Notes under the pieces: model-generated
The model's input: only the letters and a program-made list of their open reading frames with translations
Databases searched by the model: none
Told to the model about the DNA's origin: nothing
Shown here: positions 19,867 to 30,678 of the stretch, piece by piece
Layout: each line of letters starts with the position of its first letter
Numbering within the stretch: position 1 is the stretch's first letter
Made by a program: the position numbers and the translations under genes
Virus record (IMG/VR): IMGVR_UViG_3300042363_001351
Location: 1-64,000 of that record
DNA: 64,000 bases
Origin: a virus
Taxonomy: Duplodnaviria; Caudoviricetes
Direction: 5' to 3' (one strand)

Positions 19867-20796
19867 ATGAATAACTTAGATCTAAAAGCAATCTGGGTGG
19901 AGAAGTATCGCCCACAAACTCTCGACGATATTATCCTATCTGAAAGGAATAAAGACATTGTTAAGGGCTTTGTAGAGGAGATTCCTAACTTACTCTTTGT
20001 AGGAACACCCGGTACTGGTAAGACAACGCTAGCGAAAATCATTGTAAATGACATTCTCAAGTGTAACTTCCTGTACATTAATGCATCTGACGAGTCAGGT
20101 ATTGATACTATCAGGCATAAAGTAACTAACTTCTCTCAGACTAAGTCATTTGACGGTAAAGTTAAGGTAGTTATTCTAGATGAGTGCGATGGCCTTACTA
20201 GTCAGGCTCAGGCAGCTCTTCGTAATACGATGGAGTCCTTTGCTAAGTATACTAGATTCATTCTTACTGCTAACTATAAACATAAGATCATTCCCGCACT
20301 ACAGTCGAGATGTCAATTTCTTGATATCAAGCCCACACTAGAAGACGGGGTAAAGAGAATTTACAGTATCCTTAAACAAGAAGGTATTGAAATAGATGAC
20401 GCGCAGAAGAAGAAGTTTGTAGAGATGGTTAAGGTTAACTTTCCTGATCTTCGCAAGGCTATTAACGAGATTCAAAAGAACTGCATTAATGGTTCTCTAG
20501 CTATTACAACTATCAATGTAGATAATGCTTTACTCGTAGCTATTCATTCTGCTATAGAGCAAAAAGATGTTATATCATTAAGAAAGCATCTAATTGAGAA
20601 TGAGAATTCATTCTATGGTGATTATGATACCCTAATGCGTGATTATCTCAACTACCTATACGGTCAACCAGTGCAGGACCTTAAAAAGAAAGAGATGATC
20701 GCAGTAATTGCTGATCATCTCTATAAAAGCGCGTTTGTTCTAGATAAAGAAATTAACTGCTTTGCTTGTTGGATTAACCTTGAAAGAGTATCTTAA
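19867..20796 (+). CDS. gp44: Clamp loader AAA+ subunit (gp44 / RFC small subunit-like)
   Basis: WVEKYRP, GTPGTGKT, INASD, LDECD, LQSRC. Confidence 0.95.
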   Translation: MNNLDLKAIWVEKYRPQTLDDIILSERNKDIVKGFVEEIPNLLFVGTPGTGKTTLAKIIVNDILKCNFLYINASDESGIDTIRHKVTNFSQTKSFDGKVKVVILDECDGLTSQAQAALRNTMESFAKYTRFILTANYKHKIIPALQSRCQFLDIKPTLEDGVKRIYSILKQEGIEIDDAQKKKFVEMVKVNFPDLRKAINEIQKNCINGSLAITTINVDNALLVAIHSAIEQKDVISLRKHLIENENSFYGDYDTLMRDYLNYLYGQPVQDLKKKEMIAVIADHLYKSAFVLDKEINCFACWINLERVS

Positions 20797-21374
20797 GCTT
20801 TTGCTAAGTCTTTGAGATATTCGTGTGTGTATGATGTTACGGCAGGAGAAGGTGTAGCCTGAACTGATGGGAGAGTCGTGTTATCTTTAGGAAGTGATCT
20901 CTCTGTATCCATGTATGTACCGGTACCTCTATCTGTTTTATTTGCCGCATTATCCATCTTCTCTAATTCTTCAGGCTTAATATTAACCTTTGATTTACGT
21001 ATTGCAGCGTCAGGAATAGGAGGTAGATTTGGATAGCTTATATCAGGCTGACCCATTTCAGGTGATAGATTAATATAGTGGGTGTATCTACCACCACCAT
21101 TATCAAGAGCTAGAGAAAGTTCTACATCATTTGACGATGTTTGAGGATTACCTGGGTATCTAGGTGCGCCTTTATCTCTGATACCTACTACTCTAACGTG
21201 TAATCCTGTTTCGACCATCTGATCGATCATATCTTTTACATTTTGACCTAAATTCTTGTAACATTCAAGAGTCTTAAAATTATCGTTAAATTTAAACACA
21301 TCACCAACGAGGAAACCACCGCGTTGAAATCTACTAAGGTATGCCTCTACCAGTGTTAGATACTTTTTAGCCAT
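20793..21374 (-). CDS. Hypothetical late protein (start corrected to 21374)
   Basis: TATAAATA-N5-ATG; N-terminus MAKKYLTLVE. Confidence 0.7.
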   Translation of the reverse strand: MAKKYLTLVEAYLSRFQRGGFLVGDVFKFNDNFKTLECYKNLGQNVKDMIDQMVETGLHVRVVGIRDKGAPRYPGNPQTSSNDVELSLALDNGGGRYTHYINLSPEMGQPDISYPNLPPIPDAAIRKSKVNIKPEELEKMDNAANKTDRGTGTYMDTERSLPKDNTTLPSVQATPSPAVTSYTHEYLKDLAKA

Positions 21375-21405
21375 ACTATTATTTATACCTAACATAAATA
21401 ATTAT
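21375..21405. promoter_or_regulatory. Back-to-back late promoter boxes
   Basis: TATTTA at 21380-21385 (minus strand) and TAAATA at 21395-21400 (plus strand), each 5 nt from an ATG. Confidence 0.7.
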
Positions 21406-21675
21406 ATGGAATTTGACCAGTTAGTAGAAGAAATTCTTTTAGAAAAATCTGCAAGATGTACCAAAGTAACTGGTCAGCAGTCTTCTACTAGGTCAGACAA
21501 GAAGTATATGCGCTGCGTAAAGACGAAAACAGGCTATAAAAGAGTCCACTATGGTGATCCTAATTTACGCATAAAGAAATCTAATCCAAAACGTCGTAAG
21601 TCCTTTAGAGCTAGACATAAGTGCTCTACTGCTAAACCTGGAACAGCTCGTTATTTTTCATGTAAAAACTGGTAA
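21406..21675 (+). CDS. Small basic protein common in T4-like phages, probable nucleic-acid-binding head protein
   Basis: V.YGDPN.RIK.SNP.RRKSFRARH.C...ARY.SC..W motif. Confidence 0.7.
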   Translation: MEFDQLVEEILLEKSARCTKVTGQQSSTRSDKKYMRCVKTKTGYKRVHYGDPNLRIKKSNPKRRKSFRARHKCSTAKPGTARYFSCKNW

Positions 21676-21677
21676 TT

Positions 21678-21845
21678 ATGCCCTATATAATAAAAGGTAA
21701 ATGTGTATACAGAAAAGATACTGGTAAAAAGGTAGGTTGTTCTAAAAACGCAGGTAAAGCTAAAAAATACCTCAAAAAACTTTATATGGTAGAGAGTAAT
21801 TTCGATAAAACCTTTAATTTAATAGTTAATCAATATGGCAATTAA
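21678..21845 (+). CDS. Small basic protein (55 aa, absent from the ORF track)
   Basis: MPYIIKGKCVYRKDTGKKVGCSKNAGKAKKYLKKLYMVES...; starts 2 nt after the upstream stop and overlaps the gp25 start. Confidence 0.7.
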   Translation: MPYIIKGKCVYRKDTGKKVGCSKNAGKAKKYLKKLYMVESNFDKTFNLIVNQYGN

Positions 21846-22320
21846 TTTAAATATAGCAAAACCTAATAAAGAAATAGAAAACTCTACTAAAAGAGGTTAT
21901 ATATACAAGGATGTAAATTTAGATTTAGTGTATGGTTATACAACTAATGGTGAACTCTTCTCATCAAACGAAAAAAAAGACCTTAAAGCCATATACGACG
22001 AGGCTGCAATTTTAAACTCTCTAAAAAATATATTAACTACTTCACCAGGTGAAAAACTTCTTAATCCTCTATTTGGTTTAGATTTAAGAGACTATCTCTT
22101 TGAATCTGTTACTGAAACTAAAGGTTACTTTTTAGCAGATGAAATATTAACCGGATTACCACTACAAGAAGAGCGAATAGTAGTTAATTTTGTTGATGTT
22201 GTTGTTAATCCTGATGATCAAGAATATATTATAAATTTAGATATAGGAATTCCTACTCTTAATATACCAAGTATATCTTTGAGAGGTGTATTAAATAATG
22301 ATGGATACATATTTACATAA
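21835..22320 (+). CDS. gp25: Baseplate wedge protein gp25
   Basis: YKDVNL...AILNSLKNILTTSPGEKLLNPLFG..L..YLFE. Confidence 0.9.
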   Translation: MAINLNIAKPNKEIENSTKRGYIYKDVNLDLVYGYTTNGELFSSNEKKDLKAIYDEAAILNSLKNILTTSPGEKLLNPLFGLDLRDYLFESVTETKGYFLADEILTGLPLQEERIVVNFVDVVVNPDDQEYIINLDIGIPTLNIPSISLRGVLNNDGYIFT

Positions 22321-24131
22321 TGAACGCTAAAAATTTTACAGAATACAACTTACCTTTAAATGCTTATGTAACCTTTGATGCTACAACATTAAAGGATCTA
22401 ATCATTAATAGACTAAACGAAAGCGAAGTTTTTAAAGATCAAGTTTATGAAGGTTCAAACATTAACGCTTTTATTGATGTTGTAGCATACATGTATCATG
22501 TACTATTATTTTATTTGAATAACACCTCTTCAGAGTCCACTTTCACTACAGCTACTTTATATGAAAATATGAATAAGCTTGTTAGTAATTTAGGTTATAA
22601 GCCTACAGGTAAGCAGACATCTATGGGTGTTTTATCTCTATCAGGTGGGACTACTCTACCTACAGGTGTGTTAACACTTAAGAGATTTTCAACTTTATTT
22701 GCTAACGGACAACCATTTACTATTACGAGAGATATAAGCTTTGATAAGCCGCAAGCCGGTGCAGTAGAAAAAGTATATCCTGATAATAGCTTTATATATC
22801 AAGGGTCAATAACAGAACATCCTCAATATACAGCAACAGGAGAAGAATTTGAGATAGTTACTATAGTTGACTCTTCACCAATAGATAATAGTCAAACATT
22901 TATTGCTGATAATACGTTTTCTATTTTTGTATATGATAATACAAATCGTATATGGTCGGAATGGCAAGAGACATCATCACTATTTTTAGAGGATAGTGTT
23001 GCAAAGAAGTATGAAAAAAAATTAAACGAGAATGGTAACTATGAGTTTAAGTTTGGAAACAATATCAATGGACTTAAATTAAGAGCAGGGGACTTAATAC
23101 AAATCTACTATGTAGTTTCAAATGGAACAAACGGCGTGGTGGGACCTAATGTGTTGTTTGGTAATCAGTTTACTCTATATAATTCTCCTGCTTTTACAGG
23201 CATTTCAAATAACATATACGATACTGACTTTAACTTCATAACTCCTTCGTTACTCCCGAGTGTAATAGTTACTAATCCAAACGCTTCAACTCCTATAGGT
23301 GAGGGCGAGACTGTAGAGGAGATAAGAAAGAATGCGCCTAAATTCTTTGCATCACAGAATAGACTTGTAACGAGAGATGATTATACGAACTTTATCGATA
23401 AAAATTACAACTTGGTTGTAAAAAGTGTAAAAGTACTGGATAATACTACATATACATCAAGATTTCTTAAATATTTTTATACTATAGGATTAAACAAGCC
23501 TAATGACGATACTAGAGTTCTATTTAACCAGGTGGCTTTTTCAAATTCTACATCATTTAACAATGTATATTTGTTCTGTGTACCTAAAAACGCTACTATA
23601 ATTAACGAAACTCTTCCGAACTACTTAAATTTTGCACAAAAACAGGTTATTATAAATGCTTGTAACAATAGCAAGGATATAACACACAATGTCGTATGCG
23701 TCGATCCTATTTATAAGGCTTTTGATATAGGGTTAAGGTTGTCAGGTGAAGATAACTGTATTGATTTTAGAGATTCAACAGCGTTAGTGATTAAGAAGTT
23801 TTCTAATTCAAATATAAGTGATTATAAAATAATCGATAGAGTATCTAAAGTAATAACAGATTATTTTAATAATATTGAGTTAGGTCAAGTAATAAATTTA
23901 GGTGATTTATCAAATAATATAAAAAATCTCGATGGAGTTAAAGATGTTCTCACTAGACGAACAGATACAAACTACGAAGTTCCAAAAATAAACGTTGTAG
24001 CATGGAATCCTATTTATGAAGAAGATGATGTTGTATATACATCTCAAAACTACACCCTTGAGGATTTTCAATACGCATTCTTCTACGAGATAAGTAATCT
24101 TAAACAAAAAATAATAGTAGAAAATGAGTAA
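22320..24131 (+). CDS. gp6: Baseplate wedge protein gp6
   Basis: YEGSNI...AY...ESTFTTA...LGYKP; ETVEEIRKNAP..FASQNRLVT.DDY. Confidence 0.9.
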   Translation: MNAKNFTEYNLPLNAYVTFDATTLKDLIINRLNESEVFKDQVYEGSNINAFIDVVAYMYHVLLFYLNNTSSESTFTTATLYENMNKLVSNLGYKPTGKQTSMGVLSLSGGTTLPTGVLTLKRFSTLFANGQPFTITRDISFDKPQAGAVEKVYPDNSFIYQGSITEHPQYTATGEEFEIVTIVDSSPIDNSQTFIADNTFSIFVYDNTNRIWSEWQETSSLFLEDSVAKKYEKKLNENGNYEFKFGNNINGLKLRAGDLIQIYYVVSNGTNGVVGPNVLFGNQFTLYNSPAFTGISNNIYDTDFNFITPSLLPSVIVTNPNASTPIGEGETVEEIRKNAPKFFASQNRLVTRDDYTNFIDKNYNLVVKSVKVLDNTTYTSRFLKYFYTIGLNKPNDDTRVLFNQVAFSNSTSFNNVYLFCVPKNATIINETLPNYLNFAQKQVIINACNNSKDITHNVVCVDPIYKAFDIGLRLSGEDNCIDFRDSTALVIKKFSNSNISDYKIIDRVSKVITDYFNNIELGQVINLGDLSNNIKNLDGVKDVLTRRTDTNYEVPKINVVAWNPIYEEDDVVYTSQNYTLEDFQYAFFYEISNLKQKIIVENE

Positions 24132-26349
24132 TATAGATACTGTATTTAGTTACTTCGACGTACGTGATTACACTAACAGGCTTACCGTTAGTAGCTACGC
24201 GTTACCATTTACTCCCCTTACATTTTTACCTAGACTTGATAAACTAGCAGATTTCGACACGGGTACAGGCATCACTAAGGTAGGTGTAGGTGTTCTTTCT
24301 CGCAAAAGAATGATTTGGGATTTCGGCGACGGTACTAATATAGAGGCAGTTACAGCTAGACATTATTTTAAAGAGCCGGGTAGATATAAAGTAACTTGCT
24401 ACTTATATGATAAAATTGGTGGCAGTTATTACGATATATACAGTCAAACGGTTAATATTTACAATTATATTCCCGACTCTATAATACTTAAAGCCGCTAA
24501 CACTACTAATACATTTCTAACAGCTGGCGTCTACACCAGTCCAATTAATGTTATTAGATCTACTTCATGGCAGTATTACGAAATACCTTATGTAGAGCCG
24601 GTAGATGATAGTAATTTCTTTCAACCTCCTTCAAAAGCTCCAAAGCTACCCATACAAGAACCTTCACATAGACAATTTAATTTAGACAAGCTAATAAATA
24701 TAATGACATATATTTCCGGAGCTAGTGCTAGTGGATATTTTGATAATAATCTCAATAGCACACACTACGGTCATTTATATCCTTATTCTTCAATTTTTAT
24801 AAAGTCTAGTAGCATCGATAACTTAACAGAATATATAGAAGTATCCTCCTTCACTACTACATCAACTCCAATATACATTAAGTTATCCGGAACTAAAATA
24901 GTAAATGGTAAAAGCGACGATATAGATTCTTTCTTTTGCGGAACCACAGGATCGCAGTTAATATACTACAAAGATGATTTTCCTTCCATTAGAACCGATA
25001 TTCTATTAGGAGTAGAAGCTGACACCTTAAAGCCTTATAGTAATACTAGTACAGTAGGCTTTAAAACCACTACTGCTAAGAATAAAAACTACAGTCAATT
25101 ATCTATTACCTCAAACGGCTTAGACAGTGAAGGTACTATACAAGGACCAACAAAAAAGAAGCTACCTCTATTGTTTCCTATAGATCAAAATAAATTCTCT
25201 AATAGTAAGATTGGAATAGTTATAAAAGTAAAAGATTCTAATAACTTCACGATTAAAGACATACCGCTTATAAATTACCCGTCTAGCTTTACATCCTTTA
25301 AATTGTATAATTCTGGTGGAAGTTATAATTTTGATATAGTTTCAGATTTTGGCTCCCTCTCTTCTCTTACAAAGGGTGGATTCTGGAAAGGATATATTAT
25401 TCCTTATACAAAAACGCCTCTGCTCAATGTAACACTTTCTGCTACAGTAGTAGTTGAGGGCGTATCAGTACAAGGAGCATCAAATACATTTAATATATAC
25501 CCATCAGGCGGAATATATGGAATTGCAAAAAGAGGAGAAGATATAGACTTTAAGCAAACCTTTGAAGATATAGCAATACAGCCTTTGTTCTTAGATAAAA
25601 CGATACTATTTAATGAATTTTTAGGGACCGTTTTTGGTGATATAGACTCTATACAGGACAGTATAGGTAAGGTAACTTACGAAAAAATTAAAAACTTTGT
25701 TGATAATAATGCTACGCTAGATTATAGCAATATTGATCAACTTATTTCTATCTTAGAGACCATAAATCAGAACGAGCAAGTCTTTAGCAGTACTAACTTT
25801 AACGTACCTAAAGAGTTAAAGAGATTAGTAGACTTGCTATCAATAAATCATTCACGATTATTCGGCGCAACTAATAAGTTTTCTAAAAACTTTGATAGAT
25901 TTGGTTATTTTGACAATGAACTTTACGGAAAAAATTTAGGTGAGCCAGTATCTATAAGCTATACAGTTACTGCAGGTAGACATCTAGTAGCATATGAAAA
26001 ATTCAGTGAAGTTTACACATATTTAAATACGTATATACCGCTTTGCGCTTCAAATATATCAGTAGGATCAAATAACACATTTAGTTTATCTTCTTATAAC
26101 GATACATGGGGGTGGGGATTAATTTTACCATCTGATGGGTACGGTACAAATCTACCAGTATTCTATAACTTTTACACATATAACCCGGAAGTAGACGGTA
26201 CCATAGAGGAAAGCGTAATAAACTTTTCGGATAAGAACACGACCTTAGCTTTTAGTAATTCTTCCTATACCGAGTGGTCGAAGGAAAGCGGGATAATATC
26301 TAATATAGTTTCACAAAAGCTATATGATAAGCTAGATTTATTTGTGTGA
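24124..26349 (+). CDS. Baseplate/virion structural protein with PKD-like domain (gp7 position)
   Basis: WDFGDG...H.F.EPG.Y.V PKD signature; follows gp6. Confidence 0.6.
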   Translation: MSNIDTVFSYFDVRDYTNRLTVSSYALPFTPLTFLPRLDKLADFDTGTGITKVGVGVLSRKRMIWDFGDGTNIEAVTARHYFKEPGRYKVTCYLYDKIGGSYYDIYSQTVNIYNYIPDSIILKAANTTNTFLTAGVYTSPINVIRSTSWQYYEIPYVEPVDDSNFFQPPSKAPKLPIQEPSHRQFNLDKLINIMTYISGASASGYFDNNLNSTHYGHLYPYSSIFIKSSSIDNLTEYIEVSSFTTTSTPIYIKLSGTKIVNGKSDDIDSFFCGTTGSQLIYYKDDFPSIRTDILLGVEADTLKPYSNTSTVGFKTTTAKNKNYSQLSITSNGLDSEGTIQGPTKKKLPLLFPIDQNKFSNSKIGIVIKVKDSNNFTIKDIPLINYPSSFTSFKLYNSGGSYNFDIVSDFGSLSSLTKGGFWKGYIIPYTKTPLLNVTLSATVVVEGVSVQGASNTFNIYPSGGIYGIAKRGEDIDFKQTFEDIAIQPLFLDKTILFNEFLGTVFGDIDSIQDSIGKVTYEKIKNFVDNNATLDYSNIDQLISILETINQNEQVFSSTNFNVPKELKRLVDLLSINHSRLFGATNKFSKNFDRFGYFDNELYGKNLGEPVSISYTVTAGRHLVAYEKFSEVYTYLNTYIPLCASNISVGSNNTFSLSSYNDTWGWGLILPSDGYGTNLPVFYNFYTYNPEVDGTIEESVINFSDKNTTLAFSNSSYTEWSKESGIISNIVSQKLYDKLDLFV

Positions 26350-26375
26350 TTAGTCCTAGCAAATAAATATATAGG

Positions 26376-29303
26376 ATGAGTAGTGTGATTATCTTTAATG
26401 ATATAGAAGTAAAGGACTCTGTAATAAGTAGCGGTGAGACCACTACTACAAAAGATAATACCGCACCCTTCAGCTTTCTTGAGTTTATAACTAATACCGG
26501 TGTAGATTATTCTCCAGAGCAATACAATAAATTCTATTTATACTATTTAGAAAAATGGGCTGATTATAAAAACTCTTCAGCTACTAACGACACTATAAAG
26601 TTTACAGATCTATATATCGACTTCTTAAAAGAATTAACGTTAACGTATTCAACTCAACAAGAACAAAGATTCCTCTCTACTTTAGACTATACAAATCCAG
26701 TAGATTTAGATGTTGCGATACCGTTTTATGTTGAAAAAATAAGACAAGTTATTTTGTTTTATAAGGAAAAGCGTGATACAGCAAAGTTTGTAATAGAAAG
26801 AAACAAAATAAAGGGTACTTCTTTATCAGTAGAAAGAGCCTTATATGAAAAAATTTACGATTACGTATTTGCATCACAAAATAATCCTTTATATAGCACT
26901 GTTGATTTTTCTCTATCTGGATTACAAAGCTCTCTTAAAATTGATCTTCAGGAATTTGTAGATGTATACTCAGAATATTTTGACCTACCAGTAGGAACTG
27001 ATCCCTTCACTGCGGTGAATAGAGAGGATATAAATGTAAATTTATTTTTCGATGATCCGTTTGCTGTATTTAGAAATGAAATATTTTTAAGTGAAATACC
27101 TCTCGCTGTAAACGCGTCTATTAGCTTTAACGAGGCTTGCGATCCTACGAATCCGGTTACTCTATTAAAAAATGAATGTGAGAATAAATCAGGATTTACA
27201 GATGATGAAAAGACAGCATTAAAAATAAAATATCTCGAGAAGTATATGGGTGTCGATTTACACTATATCGACACTACTGCAACTCCACCAGTATCAGGTG
27301 TTTTATTTAGAGCTGAAACCCCCACCAACAATATTCAGAATTTACAAAACGTATATACACCTACAGCTGAATCAAATCAAATAAAACTCTTAAGAGATAT
27401 AGGACTCTTTTTCAAGCCTGACAAAACTGGTATATTTCAATTAAATTCTAATAGTTATACCTATGCTATAGATCCTAATAAAATAGAGAGTGGTAAAATT
27501 TATATATACCCTGATCCTAGCATTTACGGTAACGTAACTATAAACAAACAAACAGAATATCCTTTAATATTCACTTATGACAATCGTGTAGATATTAAAA
27601 ATGTCTCATCATCCTTCTCTTCAGGTGACCCTGATATATCTAACACCGATCAAACCTTTTCACCGTATTACTCTCGCGAGCAATCAACACTAAGAACACA
27701 GGCTAAAGATACAGAGTATAGCTTAAACTTTAACGACCTGTATAATAAAGGGTATATTACTAAGTATCAAACAGATATTTACGGCAACGAGTACGCATTA
27801 TTTAAAGACAACTTCGGACAGACCTTTAAAGATATTGAGGAATATGAAACTCAGCCAGTATTAAATCTTTTATTAAACGGACATGCATTTTATGATAGAA
27901 AAGAAGGGTTTGAGTTTGATTATTCTATTTCATCTAGAGAAGGCAATACTGTTAGATCAGGTTTATCTACATTAACAGTAAATTATCCGTTTTCGCCGAG
28001 CTCCCCAACCTTAACACCGAGCTTTATATTAAGTGGATCACCTTGGTTTTTATATTTTAGAGAATTTTTACCTTATCAAGAGCTAAACTACTCGGATGGG
28101 TTTATAGAGTCAGTTCCATATACGAAAAATTACATAGGTGCGTTTAGAGACGGCGGTGGATTTACCTTTGTCGATGGAACGAAGCTGCCAGATCCTATGT
28201 CATCTGATGCTCCAGGGTTTCCAGGCTCTAATAGTGATGTATTCTATTATCAACTTCTTGTAAATGCAACAGGATCTAAACCAACAGACGCAGTAATTGT
28301 AACACAAGCATCAGTTAATATAACAGACCAGAGTGGGTTAGATTTACAAACAGAACCTATTTACGATTATGATTGCGGCTACTTTACCGATGTAATAAAA
28401 TTAGATAATGACTACAATTATGGTAGCTCATACAACTATTACGATAATATATTTGATAACTCTAAAACTATTATTAGTTCGATCACAGGTAATGATACCT
28501 ATCGCGCCATGACTTATAAACAAGAGCTTGAAGGTAAGTTGTTTGTTAAGAATGCTACAAAGGCATACTCACAACCTGTTTCAGCGGCTCTTAATGCTAT
28601 TTTTGGTAAGTATTCAAGCAATATAACAAGCGAAGTCTACGAGGCGCCAAAAAATATAGAGATATTTAATGATAGTATATGTATCGAGACTACTAATTTT
28701 TTAGTAATAGATAAAATTAAATACGAAGAGGGTGAGTTTATAACCGAATCAACAAAAAATAACGCATTTACGTTAAGTAGTAAGGATCTTAGTGTTTTCT
28801 CAAATCGATTCTATAAAGAGAAAGACAATACTCTAATCTTTTGCACAATCCAGCAAACTGAAACTTTATCTGCTCGTAATAGTAAAGGTATATACCCAAA
28901 AATATATCAGTTTGATTTAAATACGAATACAACCAAGACTCTATACCCTAAAACTACAGATCTAACAACCTTATCAAGCGTGTTTAACTTAAGCTCTGTT
29001 TTTACTGGTGACTTTAATATTAATATTGTAAGCGTTGAGCGACCCGTCTTAACTTATAACACCTTCAACGATGTATATAAGCTAACATACATAGCAGTAG
29101 ACAATAATAATTACTTCCACATATTTGATATTGAATTTGACATTATTAACGACGAGGTGAAATTCTTAGGAACTAGATTTTACAAAGCTGATAAAAAATA
29201 TCTAACAACTAGCTTTACTAACAGCAATACTATATTTACTAATATTAATGCAATTTCAGGTAGTTACACTCTAAATACTAACTCTGGAGTACTCTCTCTA
29301 TGA
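26376..29303 (+). CDS. Large virion structural protein (baseplate-associated)
   Basis: 975 aa ORF in the baseplate cluster with a late box. Confidence 0.55.
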   Translation: MSSVIIFNDIEVKDSVISSGETTTTKDNTAPFSFLEFITNTGVDYSPEQYNKFYLYYLEKWADYKNSSATNDTIKFTDLYIDFLKELTLTYSTQQEQRFLSTLDYTNPVDLDVAIPFYVEKIRQVILFYKEKRDTAKFVIERNKIKGTSLSVERALYEKIYDYVFASQNNPLYSTVDFSLSGLQSSLKIDLQEFVDVYSEYFDLPVGTDPFTAVNREDINVNLFFDDPFAVFRNEIFLSEIPLAVNASISFNEACDPTNPVTLLKNECENKSGFTDDEKTALKIKYLEKYMGVDLHYIDTTATPPVSGVLFRAETPTNNIQNLQNVYTPTAESNQIKLLRDIGLFFKPDKTGIFQLNSNSYTYAIDPNKIESGKIYIYPDPSIYGNVTINKQTEYPLIFTYDNRVDIKNVSSSFSSGDPDISNTDQTFSPYYSREQSTLRTQAKDTEYSLNFNDLYNKGYITKYQTDIYGNEYALFKDNFGQTFKDIEEYETQPVLNLLLNGHAFYDRKEGFEFDYSISSREGNTVRSGLSTLTVNYPFSPSSPTLTPSFILSGSPWFLYFREFLPYQELNYSDGFIESVPYTKNYIGAFRDGGGFTFVDGTKLPDPMSSDAPGFPGSNSDVFYYQLLVNATGSKPTDAVIVTQASVNITDQSGLDLQTEPIYDYDCGYFTDVIKLDNDYNYGSSYNYYDNIFDNSKTIISSITGNDTYRAMTYKQELEGKLFVKNATKAYSQPVSAALNAIFGKYSSNITSEVYEAPKNIEIFNDSICIETTNFLVIDKIKYEEGEFITESTKNNAFTLSSKDLSVFSNRFYKEKDNTLIFCTIQQTETLSARNSKGIYPKIYQFDLNTNTTKTLYPKTTDLTTLSSVFNLSSVFTGDFNINIVSVERPVLTYNTFNDVYKLTYIAVDNNNYFHIFDIEFDIINDEVKFLGTRFYKADKKYLTTSFTNSNTIFTNINAISGSYTLNTNSGVLSL

Positions 29304-30010
29304 ACACTATTACATTAAATTACGATTTAAACTCCTTTTTCAGTAATATTACTATACAGCCAAAACCAGTAATATTAAAAGGAGCTACTACAGTTAATAT
29401 ATCACTAACAGGAGTAAGCGAAGAAAAGAATACAGTTGATGTAATTACAATAGACTGGGGTGATGGTGATAGAGAAGTCAAAAAACGTGATTTATTTTTT
29501 AATTATAGAACACAATCAATATTTAATGAAGTTTTGTATGGAAAAACGAACGGTACAGCGCTAGGTGTTTTTAGTCACGATTATGTAAATAGATATGATA
29601 GTTATGAGGTCGACTATGTAATAAGTGTAGTTTTATTAAAGAATAGTGGGCAGTATATTTATATTAAACAGCCAGTAAGATGTTTCTGGGGGTCATTTTA
29701 TGACAATATGGAGAGAGTAACGGCGTTAAACTCTCAACTACTACCTCTCAACACAAACGATACTCTATTAAATCTTGAAAGTAAAGACGGTGGTATTATT
29801 ACAGCGAGTCTTAGAAACACTGGTACGCCTTTACTCAGCGGAGTATTTGAAGATATAGGACCTATAGATACTTTCGGATTTATGGAGCCTGGATATCTTG
29901 CTACTTCAAATAGTACGGATATTGAAATAACATTAGATACTAACGAAGCGTATTTAGTAGATATTACTTTAGGATTCGATACATTCGATCCTTATGCTGC
30001 TGGATTTTAA
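29300..30010 (+). CDS. Structural protein with PKD/Ig-like motif
   Basis: IDWGDG motif; ATGA-coupled to the upstream gene. Confidence 0.5.
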   Translation: MNTITLNYDLNSFFSNITIQPKPVILKGATTVNISLTGVSEEKNTVDVITIDWGDGDREVKKRDLFFNYRTQSIFNEVLYGKTNGTALGVFSHDYVNRYDSYEVDYVISVVLLKNSGQYIYIKQPVRCFWGSFYDNMERVTALNSQLLPLNTNDTLLNLESKDGGIITASLRNTGTPLLSGVFEDIGPIDTFGFMEPGYLATSNSTDIEITLDTNEAYLVDITLGFDTFDPYAAGF

Positions 30011-30019
30011 AATTAATAC

Positions 30020-30676
30020 TTAAGACCGCTCGTTAATAGATGTAAATCTTACAGTAAAAACAGCAGTTGCTTTGTTAAAGGCTTTAGTGTTGCTTGCTAA
30101 AGCGTAGGTTCCTAAATTACTTTGTGTGCTATTACCTATGGTAAACACCGCAGTTGTAAGTCCATTAATATTGCTACCGGTGTAAAAGGACTTACCTATA
30201 CCGTATGTGTTAAACAGTGTTCCGTTAGTATTGTAAAAATCTATAGTATCTAGATAGAGTGTCGGAGTACCTGTATCGACTTCAAAGATCTTTCTGTAGT
30301 TACTAGCTGCATCAGCAGGGTTAAAGTTTGTAGACCTATTGCCATTACGTCTGTAATTTATCCTGCATGAAAGACTTAATGGACCGCTTATATAAACTTC
30401 CCAGACGTCACCGCTACTTTGAACTACAGTAAAGTTTAATGTGAGATCAAAGGGATTATAACCCTTACGCATAAAAAGCTCTTTTAAGTCAGTGCTAGCA
30501 GCTACAAACCCTGTATCAAACGATATTTTACTATTCGCAGTAGTTCCAGCAGGTTCATATCTATTTGATATATCTGATCCTGCTACCTGAAACCCCACAT
30601 CAGCTCTCTTAGTTGAGGTCCTGCCTTTAAAAATATCATCTAGGTCAGATCCGTTTACAGTAATACCTGCTGGCAT
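30020..30676 (-). CDS. Putative fibre-tip adhesin or fibre partner
   Basis: Directly follows the S74-type fibre; three N-terminal G(I/F)x(V/A)xxxD(L/I)xxx(F/Y) repeats. Confidence 0.45.
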   Translation of the reverse strand: MPAGITVNGSDLDDIFKGRTSTKRADVGFQVAGSDISNRYEPAGTTANSKISFDTGFVAASTDLKELFMRKGYNPFDLTLNFTVVQSSGDVWEVYISGPLSLSCRINYRRNGNRSTNFNPADAASNYRKIFEVDTGTPTLYLDTIDFYNTNGTLFNTYGIGKSFYTGSNINGLTTAVFTIGNSTQSNLGTYALASNTKAFNKATAVFTVRFTSINERS

Positions 30677-30678
30677 AA

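Noticed and set aside
19812-20078. 332-aa version of the endonuclease ORF overlapping gp44
   Set aside because: The extension is the antisense shadow of gp44; the GIY-YIG domain and late box point to a start at 19811.
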